Shown one piece after another: positions 10,057 to 19,783 of a stretch of 64,000 bases of DNA. The translations under genes were made by a program, and so were the position numbers. Each line of letters starts with the position of its first letter. The first letter of the stretch is position 1. The notes under the pieces are model-generated. The model made no database searches, was not told where the DNA came from, and saw only the letters and a list, made by a program, of their open reading frames with translations. Origin of the DNA: Fluviispira sanaruensis (GTDB lineage: Bacteria; Bdellovibrionota_B; Oligoflexia; Silvanigrellales; Silvanigrellaceae); assembly GCF_004295685.1 (NCBI RefSeq), contig NZ_AP019368.1, forward strand, positions 1,056,364 through 1,120,363, read 5' to 3'.

Positions 10057-10299
10057 CTATTTTTGGGGTTTGTCTGAAATTTCTTTAATCTGTGAAATAA
10101 GTTTATTTATTCTTTGAACACTTTTTTTTATGTTATTAATTTTAAAATTTATTAAATTTTCTTCGCATTCTTTATCTTCAGAGAATTTATAAAATTCTAA
10201 AACGTTGATATTTCTCTTTTTTTCAATTTCAGCAAGTTTTTTTAACTTAAATTCATTTATATGATAAATATTATTATTATTTTTTTCTTCATCTAACAT
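10057..10299 (-). CDS. Small hypothetical coiled-coil protein
   Basis: This is an ORF call only. The listed ORF begins with TTG at 10341. The internal ATG at 10299 (MLDEEKNNNN) has an AGG-type RBS. The product is Lys/Glu-rich. Confidence 0.25.
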   Translation of the reverse strand: MLDEEKNNNNIYHINEFKLKKLAEIEKKRNINVLEFYKFSEDKECEENLINFKINNIKKSVQRINKLISQIKEISDKPQK

Positions 10300-10339
10300 A
10301 CTATTAACCTGAAGTGTCAAGAATATCTGAGTGAAAAGC

Positions 10340-10374
10340 AAAAGGCATTTTAAAGAAGCTCTAAAATGCCTTTT
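10340..10374 (-). terminator. Hairpin terminator candidate after the small lysine-rich gene
   Basis: There is a perfect 13-bp stem, aaaaggcatttta / taaaatgcctttt, with a 9-nt loop. A T-rich tail, gcttttcac, follows on the minus strand. Confidence 0.35.
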
Positions 10375-10388
10375 CGACTTTTATTTTC

Positions 10389-10589
10389 TTACTTTATTCT
10401 GTAACTTTTCATCACATTTTTATTGGCCTGTTCGCGTTCTTTGCGCAATCTTTCTTGATTTGCTTTATTCTGTGCTGAGGTTTTAGCAAAATCAGCTTTT
10501 GCAACAGGTTCTTTTTCTTTTTTAGCTAAGTTTTTATTAGCATTTTCTCTAATTATTTTTCTTGAGAAGAAGTCAATTACATCGCCCAT
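10389..10589 (-). CDS. Small hypothetical lysine-rich protein
   Basis: The listed ORF begins with TTG at 10631. The ATG at 10589 (MGDVIDFFSRK) has GAGG 9 nt upstream. It is followed on the minus strand by a hairpin terminator and lies divergent from ppdK. Confidence 0.3.
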   Translation of the reverse strand: MGDVIDFFSRKIIRENANKNLAKKEKEPVAKADFAKTSAQNKANQERLRKEREQANKNVMKSYRIK

Positions 10590-11034
10590 AGGAGATACCT
10601 CATTTAAAAATGTTCTTATTTTGCTTAGCAACTCTTATGCCTCGCACTTTAATAGTTTTTTTTAGTAAAAACAAAGGATAAGAGAAGAAGTTGTTCCGCT
10701 CTGTTAAAAGAGTGAACACTTAGTGCCCATAAATTGTGCTAATAGAAAATAGGAGAACTTACAAGTAGAAGCTTTCTTTTTGTGCAAATTCTCTGAGATT
10801 TTTAGTGATAACAGATTTTTATAACGAAAATTTAAGGCTCTTATGTAAAAGGTATTGATATTACTATAGAAAAAGTACTATCAAAAGATTGGACACTCAA
10901 ATTATAGAATTTGTTGAACAATTTTACAGCGCAGCTCTATTAAGTGTTATTTTACAATTATAATGATATCGAGTATGAATTCATTTAGCGAGAAAGCAGA
11001 AAATTTCTCAAATTCTGACTCACGAGGAGAATGT

Positions 11035-13623
11035 ATGAGTTTTGTATATTTTTTTGGAAGTGGATACGCTGATGGCAATGCTTCAATGAAATCAGAATTA
11101 GGCGGGAAAGGAGCAAATCTAGCTGAAATGACAGCACTTGGTTTACCGGTGCCTGCAGGCTTTACAATCTCTACTCGTGTGTGTCTCGAATATATTAGAG
11201 ATGGAGCTTCTTTTTCTCGGGAACTTATGAATCAAATCGAAACAGCTCTCAAAAAAACAGAAGATTCGATGGGCGCAAAATTTGCGGATGCTCGCAACCC
11301 CTTGTTGGTCAGTGTGCGTTCTGGAGCTCGCATCTCAATGCCAGGTATGATGGACACAGTCTTAAATCTAGGACTGAATGAAATGACCGTTGAAGCTCTG
11401 GCTACGAAAACTGACAATCCCCGCTTTGCGTATGATTCTTATCGGCGCTTTATTCAGATGTATTCGAGTGTTGTTAAAGATCTTGAAACGCATTATATGG
11501 AAGATGAATTGGAATCATTTAAAAAAATGAATGGTTATAAAGAAGATACCGAGCTCACGGCATCCGATCTTAAAGAATTGGTTGGCGTTTTTAAAGCAAT
11601 TTATCAAAAACACATCATGGAAGCTTTCCCTGAAGATCCTTATGAACAACTCTGGCAAGCAATTGGTGCTGTGTTTAAAAGCTGGAATTGCCCAAGAGCT
11701 AAAAAATACCGTGAGATTCACTCCATTTCCCACGATTGGGGAACAGCGGTAAATATTTGTTCCATGGTTTATGGCAACATGGGGTCAACTTCAGGAACTG
11801 GGGTTTGTTTTACCCGTGATCCTTCCACAGGTGAAAATGTCTTTTATGGTGAGTTTTTAATCAATGCCCAGGGAGAGGATGTGGTGGCGGGGATTCGTAC
11901 ACCAAAACCATTGCATTTATTAGAAAAAGAAATGCCAGAAGTTTTTATTCAGCTTGAAAATGTGCGTAATAAACTAGAAGCACACTACCGTGATGTTCAA
12001 GATATTGAGTTTACTATTCAGGAAGGGAAGCTTTATATTTTACAGACGCGCAACGCAAAAAGGACAACTCAAGCCGCTCTCAAAATTGCCATCGATTTTG
12101 CTAAAGAAGGATTGATGACAAAAGAAGAGGCTCTACTGAGAGTGAATGCTCAAGATCTCGATAAACTCCTCCATCCAACTTTGGATCCCAGAGCGCATAA
12201 GCAATTGATAGCAAAAGGCTTACCGGCTTCACCTGGAGCTGTTTCTGGCAGAGCTGTATTTACTGCCCTTGAAGCGGAGAGTTGGGCAGCCCGAGGAGAA
12301 TTGGTTATATTGGTGCGCGATGAAACTTCGCCCGAGGACATTGGTGGGATGTATGCTTCACAAGGATTTCTCACCGCGCGGGGAGGAATGACTTCTCATG
12401 CCGCAGTTGTTGCAAGACAAATGGGAAAATGCTGTATAGCGGGTTGCTCTTCTTTAAATATTTCTCAAACACAAAAATCTGTAAAAGTCTCAGGCATAGA
12501 AATTCTAGAAGGTGATTGGCTTACATTAGATGGTACGACGGGCGAAGTTATGCTTGGCAAAGTCGAAACAAAAAATGCTGAATTAAGCGGGGATTTTTCT
12601 ATTTTTATGGATTGGGCTAAAGAAATTAGGCATATGAAAGTACGTGCCAATGCAGATACTCCACGTGATGCTCAATATGCTCGGAGTTTTGGCGCTGAAG
12701 GAATAGGTCTCTGTAGAACTGAGCATATGTTTTTTGAGGAAAATAGATTGCCCGTTGTTCGACAAATGATTTTATCAAAGAATAGTTTAGAGAGAAAAGC
12801 GGCCTTAGATAAACTACTGCCATTTCAGAGAGATGATTTTGTTGGTATTTTAAGCGCTATGGAAGGATATGAAGTCACTATTCGTTTGCTCGATCCACCT
12901 TTGCACGAGTTTTTGCCGCACACTGATAAGGATATGATGACCTTAGCAGCACAGCTTGGTTTTTCTCTGGAAGATCTGAAGCAACGCGTGCGAGCTCTCC
13001 ATGAAGCCAATCCTATGCTCGGTCATCGTGGATGTCGCTTAGGCATTTCTCACCCAGAAATTTATGAAATGCAGGTGCGGGCAATTTTAGAAGCAAGTGA
13101 AATTTGTAAAGAACAGGGCAAAAAAGTCTTTCCAGAAATTATGATTCCACTTGTCGGAATAGAAACTGAACTGAAATGGCTTAGAGATCGTTTGCAAAAA
13201 ATAGCGCCCAACTTACCATTTGGCACGATGATTGAAGTTCCGCGAGCGGCTTTAGTTGCCGATAAAATTGCACGGCACGCTGATTTTTTTAGTTTTGGTA
13301 CAAATGATTTAACTCAAACGACTTATGGCTTTAGCCGTGACGATTCAGCTCCATTTTTAAGAGTTTATAAGCAAGAGCATATTCTTGAAGAAGATCCTTT
13401 TGCCGTGATTGATCAAGACGGTGTTGGGCGTCTGATAAAACTTGCCTGTGAACTCGGTCGTAAGGAAAATCCAGGACTTAAACTTGGTATTTGTGGTGAA
13501 CATGGTGGTGAGCCAGCAAGTGTTCAGTTTTGTAATAATTTAGGCTTAAATTATGTTAGTTGTTCACCTTTTCGCATACCAATTGCAATGCTTGCTGCAG
13601 CTCAGGCAGTTGTGAAGAAATAA
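11035..13623 (+). CDS. ppdK: Pyruvate phosphate dikinase
   Basis: The match is full length: the FVYFFG N-terminal motif, the catalytic-His region GGMTSHAAVVARQMGKCCIAGC, the PEP-utilising TIM-barrel motifs GLCRTEHMFF and NDLTQTTYGFSRDD, and the C-terminal CGEHGGEP. The ATG at 11035 has a GAGGAGA RBS. The listed ORF start at 10963 is probably upstream out-of-context read-in. Confidence 0.95.
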   Translation: MSFVYFFGSGYADGNASMKSELGGKGANLAEMTALGLPVPAGFTISTRVCLEYIRDGASFSRELMNQIETALKKTEDSMGAKFADARNPLLVSVRSGARISMPGMMDTVLNLGLNEMTVEALATKTDNPRFAYDSYRRFIQMYSSVVKDLETHYMEDELESFKKMNGYKEDTELTASDLKELVGVFKAIYQKHIMEAFPEDPYEQLWQAIGAVFKSWNCPRAKKYREIHSISHDWGTAVNICSMVYGNMGSTSGTGVCFTRDPSTGENVFYGEFLINAQGEDVVAGIRTPKPLHLLEKEMPEVFIQLENVRNKLEAHYRDVQDIEFTIQEGKLYILQTRNAKRTTQAALKIAIDFAKEGLMTKEEALLRVNAQDLDKLLHPTLDPRAHKQLIAKGLPASPGAVSGRAVFTALEAESWAARGELVILVRDETSPEDIGGMYASQGFLTARGGMTSHAAVVARQMGKCCIAGCSSLNISQTQKSVKVSGIEILEGDWLTLDGTTGEVMLGKVETKNAELSGDFSIFMDWAKEIRHMKVRANADTPRDAQYARSFGAEGIGLCRTEHMFFEENRLPVVRQMILSKNSLERKAALDKLLPFQRDDFVGILSAMEGYEVTIRLLDPPLHEFLPHTDKDMMTLAAQLGFSLEDLKQRVRALHEANPMLGHRGCRLGISHPEIYEMQVRAILEASEICKEQGKKVFPEIMIPLVGIETELKWLRDRLQKIAPNLPFGTMIEVPRAALVADKIARHADFFSFGTNDLTQTTYGFSRDDSAPFLRVYKQEHILEEDPFAVIDQDGVGRLIKLACELGRKENPGLKLGICGEHGGEPASVQFCNNLGLNYVSCSPFRIPIAMLAAAQAVVKK

Positions 13624-13652
13624 ATGTCTTAAAGACATTTATTTGGGTGTTT
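13618..13652 (+). terminator. Rho-independent terminator of ppdK
   Basis: The 11-bp stem is aaataaatgtc / gacatttattt with loop ttaaa, followed by gggtgttttt. Confidence 0.6.
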
Positions 13653-13868
13653 TTGCTCATATCAATATTTGTGACTAAACCGCATAAATGCTTGTCCATA
13701 TAGCCAAAACCACATAATTCTCTACCTTAGATGTAAAAAAAACACAGAGAAGCTTCCCATCCAGGACAATTTCCCATAATTCATTCACTGAAGCTTTTCT
13801 TTGGATGAATAATTGAGTTCAATTCTTTATCCTAGGAATCTTTTCCATTTCAAATATTAGAGGTTAAA

Positions 13869-15170
13869 ATGGTTACAGTTGCTCAGAATCCTCGTCCCCA
13901 TGATCAAAATCCAATCCCGAAAACTCAAGAAAATAGCAAACCAGCCATTGCCGTAGTTTCAACGCTTTTTTTTCTTTTTGGTTTCATTACTTGTCTCAAT
14001 GACGTTCTGATTCCACATTTGAAAGAATTATTTTCTTTAAATTATGCGCAGACTATGCTTGTGCAGACTACATTTTTCGCAGCTTATTTTATAGTTTCTA
14101 TGCCTGCAAGTAAGCTTATTGAAAAAGTGGGTTATAAAAATAGTTTTTTAGTCGGTCTCGCATTAACAGCTTTGGGCTGTTTTTCTTTTGTCCTGGCAGC
14201 AAAAATTGCCATTTATGGCGTTTTTCTTGGGGGATTATTTATTTTAGCGAGTGGTGTTACAGTCATTCAAGTTGCGGCAAATCCCTATTTAACTACGATT
14301 GGTTCAAAAGCACGTGCTTCGAGTCGGCTTATTTTTGCCCAAGGATTAAATTCTTTAGGAACAACCATTGCTCCTTTAATTGGTTCAGCACTTATCCTTT
14401 CAGTTGCAGTAAAATCAGCAGATGAAATCGTAGCGTTATCGGCTCTGGATTTAGAAATATATAGATCAACTCAGGCAGGTTCAGTTCAGTTACCTTATTT
14501 AGGATTAACCTTATTTGTTATTATAATTGCGGTTGCTTTATGCTTTTTTAAATTTCCAAATAATAAAGTTGCAGTCCAAAATAATTTAAATTCTAATGTT
14601 AAATTTAAATTATTTGATCACCCAGATCTTGTTATGGGCACTCTTGCTATTTTTGCTTATGTCGGAGCAGAAGTTGCAATAGGAAGTCTAATGATTAATT
14701 ATATTTCTCAACCTACAATTGGTAATATTCTTTTTGATGAAGCTGGGAAATATTTATCACTCTATTGGGGCGGTGCTATGGTTGGTCGCTTTATTGGTGC
14801 ATTTGTAACAACAAAAATAAAACCAAGCAAAGTCTTATTCACTCATGCGATAATCGCTTGCGCATTGGTCACAAGTACTATAATGGGTACAGGTTATTTT
14901 GCCATGACATGTATTGTTGCTGTGGGTTTATTTAATTCTATTATGTTCCCAACAATTTTTGTTTTAAGTACTGAGCGCCTAGGTTCCTTTGTAGAAAAAG
15001 GTTCTGGTATTATTTGTATGGCAATTGTTGGTGGAGCCATTGTTCCATTAATCCAAGGTTACGTAGCAGATATTTCTAATTTAAGTATCAGTTATATCGT
15101 TCCCTTAATCTGTTACGTTTATATAGCGTTTTTTGCACTTAGAGCTAAAAATGGAATATCGGTTAAATAA
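13869..15170 (+). CDS. MFS transporter of the FucP/GluP glucose-galactose family
   Basis: NDVLIPHLKELFSLNYAQTMLVQTTFFAAYFIVSMPASKLIEKVGYKNSFLVGLALTALG is typical of glucose/galactose and fucose permeases. There are 12 TM segments, and AGAGG lies 5 nt upstream of the ATG. Confidence 0.8.
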   Translation: MVTVAQNPRPHDQNPIPKTQENSKPAIAVVSTLFFLFGFITCLNDVLIPHLKELFSLNYAQTMLVQTTFFAAYFIVSMPASKLIEKVGYKNSFLVGLALTALGCFSFVLAAKIAIYGVFLGGLFILASGVTVIQVAANPYLTTIGSKARASSRLIFAQGLNSLGTTIAPLIGSALILSVAVKSADEIVALSALDLEIYRSTQAGSVQLPYLGLTLFVIIIAVALCFFKFPNNKVAVQNNLNSNVKFKLFDHPDLVMGTLAIFAYVGAEVAIGSLMINYISQPTIGNILFDEAGKYLSLYWGGAMVGRFIGAFVTTKIKPSKVLFTHAIIACALVTSTIMGTGYFAMTCIVAVGLFNSIMFPTIFVLSTERLGSFVEKGSGIICMAIVGGAIVPLIQGYVADISNLSISYIVPLICYVYIAFFALRAKNGISVK

Positions 15171-15327
15171 TTTATTTAATCATCAATTTATTTAAAAAAT
15201 TTTCTTACAGAGTCTATTATATTTTTTAATTTACTTTCTGTTTCCGAACTCGTTTTGACTTTTTATTTTTAATCTGTAATATTTATTGAGTTTCAATAAG
15301 CATTAGATCTAAAAATAAGGAGTCCGT

Positions 15328-16359
15328 ATGAATCACTTGACCAGACGATTGTTTCTCCGTTTTTCATCATTAAGTCTTCTTCTCTCAACTGCTTTTTCTA
15401 TAAACGCATTTGCTGCGGAAGACATTCGTATCGGTATCTCTTTGCCAACCCAAAGAGATATAGTTTGGGTTAGATACAAACAAGGTCTAGAAGAAGCTGC
15501 AAAAAAACTTGGTGTAAAAATCTTATTGCAAGTCTCCGATCAAGACGCCTCTGTACAAGCTTCACAAGTCGAAAATTTACTTTCACAAAAAGTAAATGCC
15601 TTAATCATTGCTCCACATGATGCGTCTGCTGCGAGTACGTTAGTTGAAAGAGCTCACAAAGCAGGCATCAAAGTGATTTCGCTCGATCGCTTGATTTTAA
15701 ATTCTGATCTCGATCTCTATGTTTCATTCGACAATCCAAAAATTGGTGAGTTGCAAGGAGAATATTTAGTTAAAAATGTACCAAAAGGAAATTATGCTGT
15801 ATTTCTTGGTGCACCAACGGATAATAATTCCAAAATATTACATGATGCAGCTATGAAACATATTGCTCCTCTTGTAAAAAAAGGAGATATAAAAATTGTT
15901 ACAGAACAAAATATTCAAGAATGGCAACCCAGTGTAGCACAGCGTTTGATGGAAAACTCTTTAACTGCGAATAAAAATAATATAAATGCAGTTTTAGCAC
16001 CTAATGACAATACCGCTGGTGGAATTATACAAGCACTGTCTTCGCAAAAATTAGCTGGAAAAGTTTATGTAACAGGGCAAGATGCCGAGTTAACTGCAGC
16101 GCAAAGAATTGCTGCTGGCACACAATCAATGACCATATTTAAGGATCAAGGTAAATTATCTGAACTTGCTCTTAAAATTGCAAAAGATATGGCTGAGAAA
16201 AAACCGATTAAGGCAACGCATTTTACTGCAAATGGAAATAAAAATGTTCCTTCCGTTTTCCTAGAACCTATTATAGTAGATAAAAATAATATTGAAAAAG
16301 AATTTATTCAATCTGGTTTCTTTAAGAAAGAAGATGTTTATAAATTTGTAACTAAATAA
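15328..16359 (+). CDS. Sugar ABC transporter periplasmic substrate-binding protein (ChvE/XylF-like, PBP type I)
   Basis: It has a signal peptide and the motifs IGISLPTQRD, ALIIAPHDASAASTLVERAHKAGIKVISLDR and VTGQDAELTAAQRIAAG. An AAGGAG RBS precedes the start. Confidence 0.8.
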   Translation: MNHLTRRLFLRFSSLSLLLSTAFSINAFAAEDIRIGISLPTQRDIVWVRYKQGLEEAAKKLGVKILLQVSDQDASVQASQVENLLSQKVNALIIAPHDASAASTLVERAHKAGIKVISLDRLILNSDLDLYVSFDNPKIGELQGEYLVKNVPKGNYAVFLGAPTDNNSKILHDAAMKHIAPLVKKGDIKIVTEQNIQEWQPSVAQRLMENSLTANKNNINAVLAPNDNTAGGIIQALSSQKLAGKVYVTGQDAELTAAQRIAAGTQSMTIFKDQGKLSELALKIAKDMAEKKPIKATHFTANGNKNVPSVFLEPIIVDKNNIEKEFIQSGFFKKEDVYKFVTK

Positions 16360-16388
16360 ATATAGACTCAAAAGGATTTTATCTTAGA

Positions 16389-17951
16389 TTGAATTCTTTT
16401 TTAAGGAGGTTATTTTTGCTTAGTTCTACCTTAGAAATGAAAAATATTAGTAAAAAATTTGGGGCGATTAAAGCATTGTCTTCTGTGAATTTATCGGTAA
16501 AAAAGGGGGAAATCCATGCACTGTGCGGAGAAAATGGTGCTGGAAAATCTACCTTAATGAAGATAGTAAGTGGCTTATATCCAGCTGGGAATTATGAAGG
16601 TGAAATATTCGTCGATGGCGTTCTGCAAAACTTTAGAGGGACGCGGGATAGTGAACTTGCAGGTATAGCTATTATTTATCAAGAGTTGGCTCTCGTAAAA
16701 GACATGACTGTCTGCGAAAATATTTTTTTAGGTCATGAATATACAAAAAGCATATTTATTGATTGGGAGAAATCCTTTAATGAAGCAAAAAAAATATTGC
16801 AAGAAGTGAAATTAAATGTAAATCCATCGGATAAAATTTCTCAGCTAGGTGTCGGTGAGCAGCAGTTGGTTGAAATCGCAAAAGCAATCGCGAAAAATGC
16901 AAATATTTTAATTTTAGATGAGCCCACTGCCGCTTTAACAGAAAAAGAAGCGGATAATCTTTTAGAAATAATAAAAGAACTTAGAAATAAAGGTAAAACC
17001 TGTATTTATATTTCACACAGGCTCAAAGAAATATATAAAATTGCAGATCGGATCACTATTTTGCGCGATGGAAAGACTATTATTACGAGTGATAAAAAGG
17101 ATTTATGCGAAGATAAATTGATTACTAAAATGGTGGGAAGAGATTTAACAGAGATTTATCCGCGCGTTGAGAAAAAACCAGGCAAAGTTGTTTTTGAAGT
17201 GAGAAATTGGACAGTTCAAGACCCTGAAACAGGGCTAAAAGTTGTTAAGAATGTCAGTTTTAAATTGCATCAAGGAGAGATACTAGGCATTGCTGGACTG
17301 ATGGGGGCAGGGCGTACAGAACTTGTTATGAGTATATTTGGCGCATGGGGTAAGATAACGAGTGGTGAATTATATTTAAACGGGAAAAAATTAAATATTT
17401 CTAAAGAAAAAGATGCAATTCAAGAAGGAATTGCCTTAGTTTCTGAAGATCGAAAGAGATTTGGCTTAATACTTGGAATGAATATTAAAGAAAATATCAC
17501 GTTGTCTAGTATTGAAAATATCACCCAATTTGGCATTGTCGATGAAAACAAAGAAATCTCAAAAAGTCATAAATATGTTCGAGATTTAAAAATTAAAATT
17601 CATTCGATCGAAGAATTATCCGGAAATTTAAGTGGTGGAAATCAACAAAAAGTAGTTCTTTCTAAATGGCTTATGACGAATCCAAAGGTTTTAATACTGG
17701 ATGAACCAACACGTGGTATAGATATTGGTGCTAAATTTGAAATTTATAAAATCATGAATGAATTGATTGAGAACGGTGTTTGCATTTTAATGATTTCGTC
17801 AGAATTACAAGAAATATTAGGAGTGAGTGATCGTATTTTAATCATGCATGAAGGGGAGTTTAAGGGCGATATATTATATAAAAATGCTTCACAAGAAAAG
17901 ATAATGCGTTATGCAACAGGACATACTAAAGGAGATGAATTGACTGTATGA
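16389..17951 (+). CDS. Sugar ABC transporter ATP-binding protein with two fused NBDs (XylG/MglA/GguA-like)
   Basis: The LEMKNISKKFG...GENGAGKST Walker A is followed by a second GLMGAGRTE. Both LSGGNQQK and QLGVGEQQ signature motifs are present. The listed start is TTG, and the exact start is uncertain. Confidence 0.85.
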   Translation: MNSFLRRLFLLSSTLEMKNISKKFGAIKALSSVNLSVKKGEIHALCGENGAGKSTLMKIVSGLYPAGNYEGEIFVDGVLQNFRGTRDSELAGIAIIYQELALVKDMTVCENIFLGHEYTKSIFIDWEKSFNEAKKILQEVKLNVNPSDKISQLGVGEQQLVEIAKAIAKNANILILDEPTAALTEKEADNLLEIIKELRNKGKTCIYISHRLKEIYKIADRITILRDGKTIITSDKKDLCEDKLITKMVGRDLTEIYPRVEKKPGKVVFEVRNWTVQDPETGLKVVKNVSFKLHQGEILGIAGLMGAGRTELVMSIFGAWGKITSGELYLNGKKLNISKEKDAIQEGIALVSEDRKRFGLILGMNIKENITLSSIENITQFGIVDENKEISKSHKYVRDLKIKIHSIEELSGNLSGGNQQKVVLSKWLMTNPKVLILDEPTRGIDIGAKFEIYKIMNELIENGVCILMISSELQEILGVSDRILIMHEGEFKGDILYKNASQEKIMRYATGHTKGDELTV

Positions 17952-19279
17952 ATTTTCTTAATCAAAATTCTGCTGATAAAATAAATTCAGACGTGAATAA
18001 ATCCGAATTATTGGAAATAATTATAGCGTCATTTAAAAAAAATATTCGTCAATATACAATGCTTATTGCTTTGTTTGTTATCTGGGCAGTCTTTACTTAT
18101 TTAACAGGCTCACTTTTTCTTTCGCCAAGAAATTTATCGAATTTGTTTTTACAAACGTCAACTGTGGGTGTTTTAGCTATCGGAATGACGATGATATTAG
18201 TGGCTGGTCATCTCGATCTTTCTGTTGGTTCAGTTGCAGGATTTATTGGAGCAGCGAGTGCTGTTTTGCAAGTAAATTACAATTGGCCAACTGTGCCGAC
18301 TGTACTTGCAACGCTTTCATTAGGTGCGCTTATAGGCCTGTGGCAAGGTTATTGGGTTGCATATAGAAGAATTCCAGCTTTTATTGTTACATTAGCTAGT
18401 ATGATCGCTTTTCGTGGAGCGATATTAGGAATAACAGATGGACGCACAATTGGCCCCATGAGTGATTCATTTAAATTAATAGGACAAGGTTATATTCCGC
18501 CATTTATCTATACTCTGGATAAGCAATTTGATGAAATGGGAAAACCTGTTCTTGATGAATTTAATAATCCTGTCTTGGGCTACAATTCTTTATTGTCAAA
18601 TAAATTTTATATAGGTGAACAACCACCATTCAATGATTTAACAATTCTGATTGCAATTATTTGTATCATACTTTTTATTTTATTAAAGATCAAAAAAAGA
18701 AATTCGAGAATAAAATATGGTTTTACAGTCCTGCCAAAGAGTCTCGAATTATTAAGTATTATTTTATACTCATTATCTATAGCTGCATTTTTCTTAGTGA
18801 TGGCATTTTATATGGGGATTCCTTATGCAGTATTGGTCGTTTTTATTTTAGGAATAACTTTTCATATCGTAACAAATAACACTATTTTTGGAAGACATAT
18901 TTATGCAATGGGAGGAAATGTCGAAGCAGCAAGACTTTCTGGAATAAATATAAAAAGAAATACATTATTTGTTTTTATCCTCATGGGTGCTCTCACAGCT
19001 GTTGCTGGTATTATTTTAACTGCTCGTTTGAATGCTGCTACCACATCTGCTGGACAAAACTTTGAACTTGATGCAATTTCGGCAGCTATCATTGGTGGTA
19101 CGAGCACAATGGGTGGAGTAGGTACGATATTTGGCGCAATTATCGGTGCTTTAGTTATGGCTAGCTTAGACAACGGCATGAGTCTTTTAAATATTGAAGT
19201 CACATGGCAGTACATTGTAAAAGGGAGTATTTTGCTATTAGCTGTCTGGGTAGATATTGCCACACGTAAGAAAAGCTAG
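17948..19279 (+). CDS. Sugar ABC transporter permease (XylH/GguB-like)
   Basis: It has about 10 TM segments, the ATGA overlap with the ATPase gene, and the branched-chain/monosaccharide permease motif GGTSTMGGVGTIFGAIIGALVMA. Confidence 0.8.
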   Translation: MNFLNQNSADKINSDVNKSELLEIIIASFKKNIRQYTMLIALFVIWAVFTYLTGSLFLSPRNLSNLFLQTSTVGVLAIGMTMILVAGHLDLSVGSVAGFIGAASAVLQVNYNWPTVPTVLATLSLGALIGLWQGYWVAYRRIPAFIVTLASMIAFRGAILGITDGRTIGPMSDSFKLIGQGYIPPFIYTLDKQFDEMGKPVLDEFNNPVLGYNSLLSNKFYIGEQPPFNDLTILIAIICIILFILLKIKKRNSRIKYGFTVLPKSLELLSIILYSLSIAAFFLVMAFYMGIPYAVLVVFILGITFHIVTNNTIFGRHIYAMGGNVEAARLSGINIKRNTLFVFILMGALTAVAGIILTARLNAATTSAGQNFELDAISAAIIGGTSTMGGVGTIFGAIIGALVMASLDNGMSLLNIEVTWQYIVKGSILLLAVWVDIATRKKS

Positions 19280-19329
19280 GAATAATGGTTAATTAATTAA
19301 CTATAATGTCGTTTAGATAACCTCCCTCC

Positions 19330-19348
19330 GATATTGATAATCGTTATC
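19330..19348 (+). promoter_or_regulatory. Fur-box-like operator upstream of feoA
   Basis: GATATTGATAATCGTTATC matches the 19-bp Fur consensus GATAATGATAATCATTATC at 17 of 19 positions. It sits about 90 bp upstream of the feoA ATG. Confidence 0.55.
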
Positions 19349-19440
19349 ATGAGTGCTAGCATGATTTTGTGCTGGTTGCTTTCTAAAAGTAGAAATAACC
19401 ATTAATTTTATATATTATCAAATAGTTAGAGGTTTTCTCT

Positions 19441-19782
19441 ATGCAGACAAAAATGGCCAATCCATTGGATTTTGGCATCCATCTCGATCAATGTGACGTT
19501 TCAACAGACACAGAGCTCGTGTCTCTTTGCGAGCTCAAAATTGGCGAAAAAGCAGTTGTCATTGAAATCGATGAAAAAAAATTAGGATTAGAAAACACTC
19601 TTCCAGCAGGCGAACTCGAAAAAAGACTCTTAGAAATGGGATTTATTGAAGGAACGGAAGTCACTTTAGAGCACCAAGGGATGATTGGTAAAGATCCTAT
19701 CGCTGTCCTGATCCGTGTTTGCTCTTTGGTTGCATTGCGTCGCAAAGAAGCTCAAGCAATTTTGGTTAGAAAGATCGCCTAA
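19441..19782 (+). CDS. feoA: Ferrous iron transport protein A
   Basis: It has a FeoA/SH3-like domain (LCELKIGEKAVVIEIDE...LEMGFIEGTEVTLEHQ...DPIAVLIRVCSLVALRRKEAQAILV), lies directly upstream of feoB, and AGAGG lies 9 nt upstream. Confidence 0.8.
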   Translation: MQTKMANPLDFGIHLDQCDVSTDTELVSLCELKIGEKAVVIEIDEKKLGLENTLPAGELEKRLLEMGFIEGTEVTLEHQGMIGKDPIAVLIRVCSLVALRRKEAQAILVRKIA

Positions 19783-19783
19783 T

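Noticed and set aside
18901-19263. 120-aa ORF antisense to the sugar ABC permease
   Set aside because: It is the antisense frame of a conserved permease, with no independent support.
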